Source of the DNA: the human T2T-CHM13v2.0 reference genome, Homo sapiens
Length of the DNA: 64,000 bases
Reading direction: 5' to 3' (one strand)
Assembly: GCF_009914755.1 (NCBI RefSeq)
Contig: NC_060933.1
Positions 41,601-56,600 of the stretch are shown piece by piece. A model generated the notes under the pieces. The model made no database searches, had not been told where the DNA came from, and saw nothing but the letters and a program-made list of their open reading frames with translations. The first letter of the stretch is position 1. Every line of letters begins with the position of its first letter. Made by a program: the position numbers and the translations under genes.

Positions 41601-44600
41601 TGATTCCATTCCATTCCATTCCATTCCATTCCATTCCAGTCCTTTCCATTCCATTCCACTTGGGTTGATTCCATTCTATTAGTTTCCCTTCCATTCCATT
41701 CCCTTCCATTCCACTCTGGTTGATTCCATTCCTTTCCATTCCACTCGAATACATTCCCTCCTATGCCACTCGGAGCGATTCCATTTCATTCCATTCCATT
41801 CCATTCCATTCCATTCCAGTTCGTTCCATTCCATTCTATTCCGTACCATTCCATTCCATTCCTTTCCTTTCCATTCCATTCTTTTCCACTCGTGTTGATT
41901 CCATTCCTTTCCATTCCATTCGGTTTGAAGGCATTCCATTCCATTCAATTCCATTCCATTCCATTCCATTCCATTCCATTCTATTCCATTCCATTGCAAT
42001 CGAGTTGAATCCATTGCCTTTCACTCCATTCCATTCCATTCCATTCCATTCCGGAAGATTCCATTCCATTCCATTCCATTCCATTCCATTCCCCTGCACT
42101 CGCGTTGATTCCATTCCATTCCATTCCATTCCATTCCGTTCCATTTCATTCCATTCCATTCCATTCTGTTCCGTTCCATTCCATTCCATTCCATTCTATT
42201 CGGGTTAATTCCATTCCATTCCATTCGATTGCCATCGAGTTGATTCCATTCCATTCCATTCCATTCCATTCCATTCCATTCCATTCCTTTCCATTCCATT
42301 ACGGATGACTCCATTACATTGCATTCCATACCATTCCATTCCACTGTACTCGGGTTGATTCCATTCCATTCCATTCCACTCCATTCGGTTCCGTTGCATT
42401 CCATTCTATTGCATTCCATTCTATTCGGGTTAATTCCATTCCATTCTATTCCATTCCATTCCATTCCATTCCATTGCAATGGAGTTGATTCCATTCCATT
42501 CCATTCCATTCCGGATGATTCCATTCCATTGCATTCCATTCCATTCTATTCCCCTGCACTCGTGTTGATTCCATTCCATTCCATTCCTTTCCATTCCATT
42601 CCATTCCATTCTATTCCGGTTAATTCCATTCCATTCCATTCCATTCCATTCCATTCCATTCCATTCCATTGCAATCGAGTTGTTTCCATTCCATTCCTTT
42701 CCATTCCATTCCATTGCCTTGCATTCCACTCGGGTTGATTCCATTCCCTTCTTTCCACTCCATTACATTCCCTTCCATTCCACTCAGAATGATTGATTCC
42801 ATTCCACTCCATTCCATTCCATTCCATTGCAATCCATTCCAATCCATTCCATTCCATTCCATTCCACTCGAGTTGACTTCATTCCATTCCTTTCCATTCC
42901 ATTCCATTCCTTTCCACTCGAGTTGATTCCATTCCATTCCAATCCATTGCATTCCATTCCATGCCATTCCACTCGGGTTGATTCCATTCCTTTGCATTCC
43001 ATTCCATTCCATTCCATTGCATTCCATTCAATTCCATTCCGTTGCATTCCATTCCATTACATTCGGATTGATTCTATTCAACTCCCTTACTCTCCATTAC
43101 ATTCCATTCCATTCGGGTTGTTCCATTCCATTCCATTCCATTCCCCTCCATTCCATTGCACTCGGGTTGATTCCATTCCATTCCATTCCATTGCATTCCA
43201 TTCCGGATGATTCCATTCCATTGCATTCCGTTCCATTACATTCCCCTGCACTCGGGTTGATTCCATTCCATTCCATTCCATTCCATTCGATTCCATTCCA
43301 TTCCCCTGCACTCGCGTTGATTCCATTCCATTCCATTCCATTCCATTCCATTCCATTCCATTCCTTTCCATTCCAGTCCTTTCCATTCCATTCCACTCGG
43401 GTTGATTCCATTCTATTAGTTTCCATTCCATTCCATTCCCTTCCATTCCACTCTGGTTGATTCCATTCCTTTCCATTCCACTCGAATACATTCCCTCCTA
43501 TTCCACTCGGAACGATTCCATTCCATTCCATTCCATTCCATTCCATTCCATTCCATTCCATTCCATTTCGTTCCATTCCATTCTATTCCGTATCATTCCA
43601 TTCCATTCCATTCCATTCCATTTAATTCCACTCGTGTTGATTTCATTCCTTTCCATTCCATTCGGTTTGAAGGCATTCCATTCCATTCCATTCCATTCCA
43701 TTCCTTTCCAGTCCATTCCATTCCATTGTACTCGGGTTGATTGCATTCCATTGCATTCCATTCCATTCCATTCCGTTGCATTCCATTCCATTACATTCGG
43801 ATTGATTCTATTCAACTCCCTTACACTCCATTACATTCCATTCCATTCGGGTTGTTCCATTCCATTCCATTCCATTCCACTCCATTCCATTGCACTCGGA
43901 TTGATTCCATTCCATTCCATTCCATTCAACTCCATTCCATTCCGGATGATTACATTCCATTGCATTCCGTTCCATTACATTCCCCTGCACTCGGGTTGAT
44001 TCCATTCCATTCAATTCCATTCCATTCGATTCCATTCCATTCCAATTCTTTCCATTCCATTCTATTCCGTACCATTCCATTCCATTCCATACAATTCCAT
44101 TCCATTCCATTCCACTCCGTTCCGTTCCGTTCCGTTCCGTTCCGTTCCATTCCATTCCATTCCATTCTATTCGGTTTAATTCCATTCCATTCCATTCCAT
44201 TCCATTCCATTCCATTCTATTCCCTTCCATTGCAATCGAGATGAATCCATTGCATTCCATTCCATTCCATTCCATTCCATTCCGGAAGATTCCATTCCAT
44301 TGCATTCCATTCCATTCCATTCCATTCCATTCCATTCCATTCCATTCCATTCCAATTCGTTCCATTCCATTCTATTCCGTATCATTCCATTCCATTCCAT
44401 TCCATTCCATTCCATTGTACTCGGGTTGATTCCATTCCATTGCATTCCATTCCATTCCATTCCATTCTATTCCATTCCGTTGCATTCCATTCCATTACAT
44501 TCGGATTGATTCTATTCAACTCCCTTACTCTCCATTACATTCCATTCCGTTTGGGTTGTTCCATTCCATTCCATTCCATTCCACTCCATTCCATTGCACT

Positions 44601-45169
44601 CGGGTTGATTCCATTCCATTCCATTCCATTCCATTCCATTCCATTCCATTCCGGATGATTCCATTCCATTGCATTCCGTTCCATTACATTCCCCTGCACT
44701 CGCGTTGATTCCATTCCATTCCATTCCATTCCATTCCATTCAATTCCATTCCATTACAATTCGTTCCATTCCATTCTATTCCGTACCATTCCATTCCATT
44801 CCATACCATTCCATTCCATTCCATTCCATTCCATTCCATTCCATTCCGTTCCATTCCGTTCCATTCCATTCCATTCCATTCCATTCGGGTTAATTCCATT
44901 CCATTCCATTCCATTCCATTCCATTCTATTCCATTCCATTGCAATCGAGTTGAATCAATTGCATTTCATTCCATTCCATTCCATTCCATTCCATTCCATT
45001 CCGGAAGATTCCATTCCATTGCATTCCATTCCATTCCATTCCCCTGCACTCGCGTTGATTCCATTCCATTCCATTCCATTCCATTCCATTCCATTCCGTT
45101 CCGTTCCGTTCCATTCCATTCCATTCCATTGCATTCCGTTCCGTTCCATTCCATTCCATTCCATTCTAT

Positions 45170-46800
45170 TCGGGTTAATTCCATTCCATTCCATTCGATT
45201 GCAATCGAGTTGATTCCATTCCATTCCATTCCATTCCATTCCATTCCATTCCATTCCATTCCTTTCCATTCCATTACGGATGATTCCATTCCATTGCATT
45301 CCATTCCATTCCATTCCCCTGTACTCGGGTTGATTCCATTCCATTCCATTCCAGTCCATGCCATTCCACTCGTGTTGATTCCATTCTTTCCATTCCATTC
45401 AAGTTGACTCCATTCCATTGCATTCCATTCCATTCGATTCCATTCGATTGCACTCGGGTTGATTCCATTCCATTACATTCCATTCCATTCCATACCATTC
45501 CGTTCCATTCCATTCCATTACATTCGGATTGATTCTATTCAACTCCCTTACTCTCCATTACATTCCATTCCATTCGAGTTGTTCCATTCCATTCCATTCC
45601 ATTCCACTCCATTCCATTGCACTCGGGTTGATTCCATTCCATTGCACTCCATACCATTCCATTCCATTCCATTCCGGAAGATTCCATTCCATTGCATTCC
45701 GTTCCATTCCATTCCCCTGCACTCACGTTGATTCCATTCCATTCCATTCTATTCCATTCCATTCCCCTCCTTTCCGTTCCATTCCATTCCATTCCATTCC
45801 ATTCCATTCCGTTCCGTTCCATTCCATTCCATTCCATTCCATTCCGTTCCGTTCCATTCCATTCCATTCCATTCTATTTGGGTTAATTCCATTCCATTCC
45901 ATTCGATTGCAATCGAGTTGATTCCATTCCATTCCATTCGATTCCATTCCATTCCATTCCATTCCATTCATTTCCATTCCATTACGGATGATTCCATTCC
46001 ATTGCATTCCATTCCATTCCATTCCCCTGTACTCGGGTTGATTCCATTCCATTCCATTCCAATCCATGCCATTCCACTCGTGTTGATTCCATTCTTTCCA
46101 TTCCATTCAAGTTGAATCCATTCCATTGCATTCCATTCCATTCGATTCCATTCGATTGCACTCTGGTTGATTCCATTCCATTCCATTCCATTCCATTCCA
46201 TTCCATTCCATTCCGTTCCATTCCATTCCATTACATTCGGATTGATTCTATTCAACTCCCTTACTCTCCATTACATTCCATTCCATTCGAGTTGTTCCAT
46301 TCCATTCCATTCCATTCCACTCCATTCCATTGCACTCGGGTTGATTCCATTCCATTCCATTCCATTCCATTCCATTCCATTCCATTCCGGAAGATTCCAT
46401 TCCATTGCATTCCATTCCATTCCATTCCCCTGCACTCGCGTTGATTCCATTCCATTCCATTCTATTCCATTCCATTCCCTTCCTTTCCGTTCCATTCCAT
46501 TCCATTCCATTCCATTCCATTCCATTCCGTTCCGTTCCATTCCATTCCATTCCATTCTATTCGGGTTAATTCCATTCCATTCCGTTCGATTGCAATCGAG
46601 TTGATTCCATTCCATTCCATTCAATTCCATTCCATTCCATTCCATTCCTTTCCATTCCATTACGGATGATTCCATTCCATTGCATTCCATTCCATTCCAT
46701 TCCCCTGTACTCGGGTTGATTCCATTCCATTCCATTCCAATCCATGCCATTCCACTCGCGTTGATTCCATTCTTTCCATTCCATTCAAGTTGAATCCATT
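45170..46800 (-). repeat. Tandem duplication of the basic cassette, unit ~680-715 bp (~2.3 copies)
   Basis: Variant CATTCGAGTTGTTCC at 45571 and 46284 (offset 713); TACGGATG at ~45275, ~45983 and ~46661; same word order in each copy. Confidence 0.75.
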
Positions 46801-49800
46801 CCATTGCATTCCATTCCATTCCATTCCCCTGCAGTCGGGTTGTTTCCATTCCATTCCATTCCATTCCATTCCGTTCCGTTCCATTCCATTCCATTCCATT
46901 CTATTCGGTTTAATTCCATTCCATTCCATTCCATTCCATTCCATTCCATTCCATTGCATTCCAATAGGGTTGATTCCATTCCATTCCATTCCATTCCATT
47001 CCACTCCATTCCAGTCCTTTCCATTCCATTCCACTCGGGTTGATTCCAATGTATTCCTTTCCATTCCATTCCATTCCATTGCAATCGAGTTGATTCCATT
47101 GCTTTGCATTCCATTCCATTCCATTCCATTCCGGATGATTCCATTCCATTGCATTCCATTCCATTCCATTCCCCTGCACTCGGGTTGATTCCATTCCATC
47201 CCACTCCATTCCGTTCCATTCCATTCCATTGCATTGTATTCGGGTTAATTCCATTCCATTCCATTCCATACCATTCCATTCCATTCCATTACAATCGAGT
47301 TGATTCCATTCCATTCCATTCCATTCCAGTCATTTCCATGCCATTCCACTCGGGTTGATTCCATTCTATTAGTTTCCATTCCATTCCATTCCCTTCCATT
47401 CCACTCTGGTTGATTCCATTCCTTTCCATTCCACTCGAATACATTCCCTCCTATTCCACTCGGAACGATTCCATTCCATTCCATTCCATTCCATTCCATT
47501 CCATTCCATTCCATTTCGTTCCATTCCATTCTATTCCGTATCATTCCATTCCATTCCATTCCATTCCATTCCATTCCATTCCATTCCATTCCATTCCATT
47601 CCATTGTACTCAGGTTGATTCAATTCAAATGCATTCCATTCCATTCCATTCCATTCCATTCCGTTGCATTCCATTCCATTACATTCGGATTGATTCTATT
47701 CAACTCCCTTACTCTCCATTACATTCCATTCCATTCGGGTTGTTCCATTCCATTCCATTCCATTCCAATCCATTCCATTGCACTCGGGTTGATTCCATTC
47801 CATTCCATTCCATTCCGGATGATTCCATTCCATTGCATTCCGTTCCATTACATTCCCCCGCACTCGCGTTGATTCCATTCCATTCCATTCCATTCCATTC
47901 AATTCCATTCCATTACAATTCGTTCCATTCCATTCTATTCCGTACCATTCCATTCCATTCCATACCATTCCATTCCATTCCATTCCATTCCATTCCATTC
48001 CATTCTATTCGGATTAATTCCATTCCATTCCATTCCATTCCATTCTATTCCATTCCATTGCAATAGAGTTGAATCCATTGCATTTCATTCCATTCCATTT
48101 CTTTCCATTCCATTCCATTGCATTCCGGAAGTTTCCATTCCATTGCATTCCATTCCATTCCATTCCCCTGCACTCGCATTGATTCCATTCCATTCCATTC
48201 CATTCCATTCCATTCCATTCCGTTCCATTCCATTCCATTCCATTCCATTCCATTCCATTCCGTTCCGTTCCATTCCATTCCATTCCATTCTATTCGGGTT
48301 AATTCCATTCCATTCCATTCGATTGCAATCGAGTTGATTCCATTCCATTCCATTCCATTCCATTCCATTCCATTCCATTCCATTCCTTTCCATTCCATTA
48401 CGGATGATTCCATTCCATTGCATTCCATTCCATTCCATTCCCCTGTACTCGGGTTGATTCCATTCCATTCCATTCCAATCCATGCCATTCCACTCGTGTT
48501 GATTCCATTCTTTCCATTCCATTCAAGTTGAATCCATTCCATTGCATTGCATTCCATTCGATTCTATTCGATTGCACTCGGGTTGATTCCATTCCATTGC
48601 ATTCCGTTCCATTCCATTCCATTGCATTCCTTTCCATTCCATTCCATTCCATTACATTCGGATTGATTCTATTCAATTCCCTTACACTCCATTACATTCC
48701 ATTCCATTCGGGTAGTTTCCATTCCATTCCATTCCATTCCTCTCCATTCCATTGCACTCGGGTTGATTCCATTCCATTGCCTTCCATTCCATTCCATTCA
48801 ATTCCATTCCGTTCCATTCCATTCCATTACATTCGGAATGATTCTATTCAACTCCCTTACTCTCCATTACATTCCATTCCATTCGGGTTGTTCCATTCCA
48901 TTCCATTCCATTCCACTCCATTCCATTGCACTCGGGTTGATTCCATTCCATTCCATTCCATTCCATTCCATTCCATTCCGGAAGATTCCATTCCATTGCA
49001 TTCCATTCCATTCCATTCCCCTTCACTCGTGTTGATTCCATTCCATTCCATTCTATTCCATTCCATTCCCTTCCTTTCCGTTCCATTCCATTCCATTCCA
49101 TTCCATTCCCCTGCACTCGCGTTGATTCCATTCCATTCCATTCTATTCCATTCCATTCCCTTTCTTTCCGTTCCATTCCATTCCATTCCATTCCATTCCG
49201 TTCCGTTCCATTCCATTCCATTCCATTCTATTCTGGTTAATTCCATTCCATTCCATTCGATTGCAATCGAGTTGATTCCATTCCATTCCATTCCATTCCA
49301 TTCCATTCCATTCCATTCCATTCCTTTCCTTTCCATTACGGATGATTCCATTCCATTGCATTCCATTCCATTCCATTCCCCTGTACTCGGGTTGATTCCA
49401 TTCCATTCCATTCCAATCCATGCCATTCCACTCGTGTTGATTCCATTCTTTCCATTCCATTCAAGTTGAATCCATTCCATTGCATTCCATTCCATTCCAT
49501 TCCATTCCATTCCGTTCCATTCCATTCCATTACATTCGGATTGATTCTATTCAATTCCCTTACACTCCATTACATTCCATTCCATTCGGGTTGTTCCATT
49601 CCATTCCATTCCATTCCATTCCATTCCATTCCATTCCTTTCCATTCCATTCCATTCCATTCGGATTCATTCTATTCAATTCCCGTACACTCCATTACATT
49701 CCATTCCATTCGTGTAGTTTCCATTCCATTCCATTCCATTCCTCTCCATTCCATTGCACTCGGGTTGATTCCATTCCATTCCATTCCATTCCATTCCATT

Positions 49801-50689
49801 CCATTCCATTCCGGATGATTCCATTCCATTGAATTCCATTCCACTCCATTCCCCTGCACTTGGGTTGATTCCTTTCCATTCCATTCCATTCCTTTCTGTT
49901 CCATTCCATTCCATTCCATTCCATTCTATTCGTGTTAATTCCGTTCCATTCTATTCCATTCCATTCCATTGAAATCGAGTTGATTCCATTCCATTTCATT
50001 CCATTCCATTCCATTCCCCTGTACTCGGGTTGATTCCATTCCATTCCATTCCAATCCATGCCATTCCACTCGTGTTGATTCCATTCTTTCCATTCCATTC
50101 AAGTTGAATCCATTCCATTGCATTCCATTCCATTCGATTCCATTCGATTGCACTCGGGTTGATTCCATTCCATTGTATTCCATTCCATTCCATTCCATTC
50201 CATTCCATTCCATTCCATTCCGTTCCATTCCATTACATTACATTCGGATTGATTCTATTCAATTCCCTTACACTCCATTACATTCCATTCCATTCGGGTA
50301 GTTTCCATTCCGTTCCATTCCATTCCTCTCCATTCCATTGCACTCGGGTTGATTCCATTCCATTGCATTCCATTCCATTCCATTCAATTCCATTCCGCTC
50401 CATTCCATTCCATTACATTCGGATTGATTCTATTCAACTCCCTTACTCTCCATTACATTCCATTCCATTCGGGTTGTTCCATTCCATACCATTCCATTCC
50501 ACTCCATTCCATTGCACTCGGGTTGATTCCATTCCATTCCATTCCATTCCATTCCATTCCATTCCATTCCATTCCATTCCGGAAGATTCCATTCCATTGC
50601 ATTCCATTCCATTCCATTCCCCTTCACTCGCGTTGATTCCATTCCATTCCATTCTATTCCATTCCATTCCCTTCCTTTCCGTTCCATTC

Positions 50690-53600
50690 CATTCGATTCC
50701 ATTCCATTCACCTGCACTCGCGTTGATTCCATTCCATTCCATTCCATTCCATTCCGTTCCGTTCCATTCCATTCCATTCCATTCCATTCCATTCCGTTCC
50801 GTTCCATTCCATTCCATTCCATTCTATTCGGGTTAATTCCATTCCATTCCATTCGATTGCAATCGTGTTGATTCCATTCCATTCCATTGCATTCCATTCC
50901 ATTCCATTCCATTCCTTTCCATTCCATTACGGATGATTCCATTCCATTGCATTCCATTCCATTCCATTCCCCTGTACTCGGGTTGATTCCATTCCATTGC
51001 ATTCCAATCCATGCCCTTCTACTCGTGCTGATTCCATTCTTTCCATTCCATTCAAGTTGAATCCATTCCATTGCAATCCATTCCATTCGATTCCATTCGA
51101 TTGCACTCGGGTTGATTCCATTCCATTGCATTCCATTCCATTCCATTCCATTCCATTCCATTCCATTCCATTCCGTTCCATTCCATTCCATTACATTCGG
51201 ATTGATTCTATTCAATTCCCTTACACTCCATTACATTCCATTCCATTCGGGTAGTTTCCATTCCATTCCATTCCATTCCTCTCCATTCCATTGCACTCGG
51301 GTTGATTCCATTCCATTGCATTCCATTCCATTCCATTCAATTCCATTCCGTTCCATTGCATTCCATTACATTCGGATTGATTCTATTCAACTCCCTTACC
51401 CTCCATTACATTCCATTCCATTCGGGCTGTTCCATTCCATTCCATTCCATTCCACTCCATTCCATTGCACTCGGGTTTATTCCATTCCATTCCATTCCAT
51501 TCCATTTCATTCCGTTCCATTCCGGAAGATTCCATTCCATTGCATTCCATTCCATTCCATTCCCCTGCACTCGCGTTGATTCCATTCCATTCCATTCCAT
51601 TCCATTCCATTCCATTCCATTCCATTCCTTTACGTTCCATTCCATTCCATTCCATTCCATTCCATTCCATTCCATTCCATTCCATTCCGTTCCATTCCGT
51701 TCCATTCCATTCCATTCCATTCTATTCGGGTTAATTCCATTCCATTCCATTCGATTGCAATCGAGTTCATTCCATTCCATTCCATTCCATTCCATTCCAT
51801 TGCATTCCATTCCTTTCCATTCCATTCCTTTCCATTCCATTACGGATGATTCTATTCCATTGCATTCCATTCCATTCCATTCCCCTGTACTCGGGTTCAT
51901 TCCATTCCATTCCATTCCAATCCATGCCATTCCACTCGTGTTGATTCCATTCTTTCCTTTCCATTCAAGTTGAATCCATTCCATTGCATTCCATTCCATT
52001 CCATTCCCCTGCAGTCGGGTTGATTCCATTCCATTCCATTCCATTCCATTCCATTCCATTCCGTTACGTTCCGTTCCATTCCATTCCATTCCATTCTATT
52101 CGGGTTAATTCCATTCCATTCCATTCCATTCCATTCCATTCCAATCGAGTTGATTCCATTCCATTCTATTCCATTCCATTCCACTCCATTCCAGTCCTTT
52201 CCATTCCATTCCACTCGGGTTGATTCCAATGTATTCCTTTCCATTCCATGCCATGCCATTGCAATCGAGTTGATTCCATTGTTTTGCATTCCATTTCATT
52301 GCATTCCATTCCGGATGATTCCATTCCATTGCATTCCATTCCATTCCATTCCCCTGCACTCGGGTTGATTCCATTCCATTCCACTCCATTCCGTTCCATT
52401 CCATTCCATTCCATTGTATTCGGGTTAATTCCATTCCATTCCATTCCATTCCATTCCCTTCCATTCCATTAGAATCGAGTTGATTCCATTGCATTCCATT
52501 CCATTCCATTCCAGTCCTTTCCATTCCATTCCACTCGGGTTGATTCCATTCTATTATTTTCCATTCCATTCCATTCCCTTCCATTCCACTCTGGTTGATT
52601 CCATTCCTTTCCATTCCACTCGAATACATTCCCTCCTATTCCACTCGGAACGATTCCATTACATTCCATTCCATTCCATTCCATTCCATTTCGTTCCATT
52701 CTATTCTATTCCGTATCATTCCATTCCATTCCATTTCATTCCATTCCATTCCATTCCACTCGTGTTGATTCCATTCCTTTCCATTCCATTCGGTTTAAAG
52801 GCATTCCATTCCATTCCATTCCATTCCATTCCATTCCATTCCATTCCATTGTACTCGGGATGATTGCATTCCAATGCATTCCATTCCATTCCATTCCGTT
52901 GCATTCCATTCCATTACATTCGGATTGATTCTATTCAACTCCCTTACTCTCCATTACGTTCCATTCCATTCGGGTTGTTCCATTCCATTCCATTCCATTC
53001 CACTCCATTCCATTGCACTCGGGTTGATTCCATTCCATTCCATTCCATTCCATTCTATTCCATTCCGGATGATTCCATTCCATTACATTCCGTTCCATTA
53101 CATTCCCCTGCACTCGCGTTGATTCCATTCCATTCCATTCCGTTCCATTCCATTCCATTCCATTCCATTCCATTCCGTTCCTTTCCATTCCGTTCCATTC
53201 CATTCTATTCGGGTTAATTCCATTCCATTCCATTCGATTGCAATCGAGTTGATTCCATTCCATTGCATTCCATTCCATTCGATTCCATTCGATTGCACTA
53301 GGGTTGATTCCATTCCATTGCATTCCATTCCATTCCATTCAATTCCATTCCATTCCATTCCATTCCATTCCATTCAGTTCCATTCCTTTCCATTACATTC
53401 GCATTGATTCTATTCAATTCCCTTACACTCCATTACATTCCATTCCATTCGGGTAGTTTCCACTCCATTCCATTCCATTCCTCTCCATTCCATTGCATTC
53501 GGGTTGATTCCATTCCATTGCATTCCATTCCATTCCATTCAATTCCATTCCGTTCCATTCCATTCCATTCCATTACATTCGGATTGATTCTATTCAACTC

Positions 53601-56600
53601 CCTTACACTCCATTACATTCCATTCCATTCGGGTTGTTCCATTCCATTCCATTCCATTCCACTCGGGTTGATTCCATTCCATTCCATTCCATTCCATTCC
53701 GGAAGATTCCATTCCATTGCATTCCATTACATTCCATTCCCCTGCACTCGCTTTGATTCCATTCCATTCCATTCCATTCCATTCCATTCCATTCCATTCC
53801 ATTCCGTTCCGTTCCATTACATTCCATTCCATTCCATTCCATTCCGTTCCGTTCCATTCCATTCCATTCCATTCTATTCGGGTTAATTCCATTCCATTCC
53901 ATTCCATTCCATTCCATTCCATTCCGGAAGATTCCATTCCATTGCATTCCATTCCATTCCATTCCCCTGCACTCGCGTTGATTCCATTCCATTCCATTCC
54001 ATTCCATTCCATTCCATTCCATTCCTTTCCGTTCCATTCCATTGCATTCCATTCCATTCCGTTCCGTTCCCTTCCGTTCCGTTCCATTCCATTCCATTCC
54101 ATTCTATTCGGGTTAATTCCATTCCATTCCATTCGACTGCAATCGATTTGATTCCATTCCATTCCATTCCATTCCATTCCATTCCATTCCATTCCATTGC
54201 ATTCCATTCCTTTCCATTCCATTACGGATGATTCCATTCCATTGCATTCCATTCCATTCCATTCCCCTGTACTCGGGTTGATTCCATTCCATTCCATTCC
54301 AATCCATGCCATTCCACTCGTGTTGATTCCTTTCTTTCCATTCCATTCAAGTTGAATCCATTCCATTGCATTCCATTCAATTCCATTCCACTGCAGTCGG
54401 GTTGATTCCATTCCATTCCATTCCATTCCATTCCATTCCGTTCCGTTCCGTTCCGTTCCGTTCCATTCCATTCCATTCCATTCCAATCTATTCGGGTTAA
54501 TTCCATTCCATTCCATTCCATTCCATTCCATTTCAATCGAGTTGATTCCATTCCATTCCATTCCATTCCATTCCACTCCATTACAGTCCTTTCCATTCCA
54601 TTCCACTCGGGCTGATTCCAATGTATTCCTTTCCATTCCATTCCATTCCATTGCAATCGAGTTGATTCCATTGCTTTGCATTCCATTCCATTCCATTCCA
54701 TTCCGGATGATTCCATTCCATTGCATTTCATTCCATTCCATTCCCCTGCACTCGTGTTGATTCCATTCCATTCCACTCCATTCCGTTCCATTCCATTGCG
54801 TTCCATTGTATTCGGGTTAATTCCATTCCATTCCATTCCATTCCATTCCATTCCATTCCATTCCATTCCATCACAATCGAGTTGGTTCCATTCCATTCCA
54901 TTCCATTCCATTCCATTCCATTCCATTCCATTCCGGATGATTCCATTGCATTACATTCCGTTCCATTACATTCCCCTGCACTCGGGTTGATTCCATTCCA
55001 TTCCATTCCATTCCATTCGATTCCATTCCATTCCAATTCTTTCCATTCCATTCTATTCCGTACCATTCCATTCCATTCCATACCATTCCATTCCATTCCA
55101 TTCCATTCCGTTCCGTTCCGTTCCGTTCCATTCCATTCCATTATATTTTATTCGGGTTAATTCCATTCCATTCCATTCCATTCCATTCTATTCCATTCCA
55201 TTGCAATCGAGTTGAATCCATTGCATTCCATTCCATTCCATTCCGGAAGATTCCATTCCATTGCATTCCATTCCATTCCATTCCCCTGCACTCGCGTTGA
55301 TTCCATTCCATTCCATTCCATTCCATTCCGTTCCGTTCCGTTCCATTCGATTCCATTCCATTCCGTTCCGTTCCGTTCCGTTCCATTCCATTCCATTCTA
55401 TTCGGGTTAATTCCATTCCATTCCATTCGATTGCAATCGAGTTGATTCCATTCCATTCCATTCCATTCCATTCCATTCCATTCGTTTCCATTCCATTACG
55501 GATGATTCCATTCCATTGCAATACATTCCATTCCATTCCCCTGTACTCGGGTTGATTCCATTCCATTCCATTCCATTCCATTCTATTCCATTCCATTCCA
55601 TTCCATTCCGGAAGATTCCATTCCATTGCATTCCATTCCATTCCATTCCCCTGCACTCGCGTTGATTCCATTCCATTCCATTCCATTCCATTCCGTTCCG
55701 TTCCGTTCCATTCCATTCCATTCCATTCCATTCCATTCCATTCCGTTCCGTTCCGTTCCATTCCATTCCATTCCATTCTATTCGGGTTAATTCCATTCCA
55801 TTCCATTCGATTGTAATCGTGTTGATTCCATTCCATTACATTCCATTCCATTCCATTCCATTCCTTTCCATTCCATTACGGATGATTCCATTCCATTGCA
55901 TTCCATTCCATTCCATTCCCCTGTACTCGGGTTGATTCCATTCCATTGCATTCCAATCCATGCCCTTCCACTCGTGTTGATTCCATTCTTTCCATTCCAT
56001 TCAAGTTGAATGCATTCCATTGCATTCCATTCAATTTGATTCCATTCGATTGCACTCGGGTTGATTCCATTCCATTGCATTCCATTCCATTCCATTCCAT
56101 TCCGTTCTATTCCATTCCATTACATTCGGATTGATTCTATTCAACTCCCTTACTCTCCATTACATTCCATTCCATTCGGGTTGTTCCATTCCATTCCATT
56201 CCATTCCACTCCATTCCATTGCACTCGGGTTGATTCCATTCCTTTCCATTCCATTCCATTCCATTCCGGATGATTACATTCCATTGCATTCCGTTCCATT
56301 ACATTCCCCTGCACTCGCGTTGATTCCATTCCATTGCACTCCATTCCATTCCATTCCATTACGTTCCGTTCCGTTCCATTCCATTCCTTTGCATTCCATT
56401 CCATTCCGTTCCGTTCCATTCCATTCCATTCCCTTCTATTCGGGTTAATTCCATTCCATTCCATTCGATTGCAATCGAGTTGATTCCATTCCATTCCATT
56501 CCATTCCATTGCATTCCTTTCCATTCCATTCCTTTCCATTCCATTACGGATGATTCCATTCCATTGCATTCCATTCCATTACATTCCTCTGCACTCGGGT

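Noticed and set aside
38110-43260. Y-chromosome DYZ1 identity suggested by a ~3.56-kb spacing
   Set aside because: The spacing occurs only locally and other landmark spacings are 1.7-8.6 kb, whereas DYZ1 is a homogeneous ~3.5-kb tandem unit.
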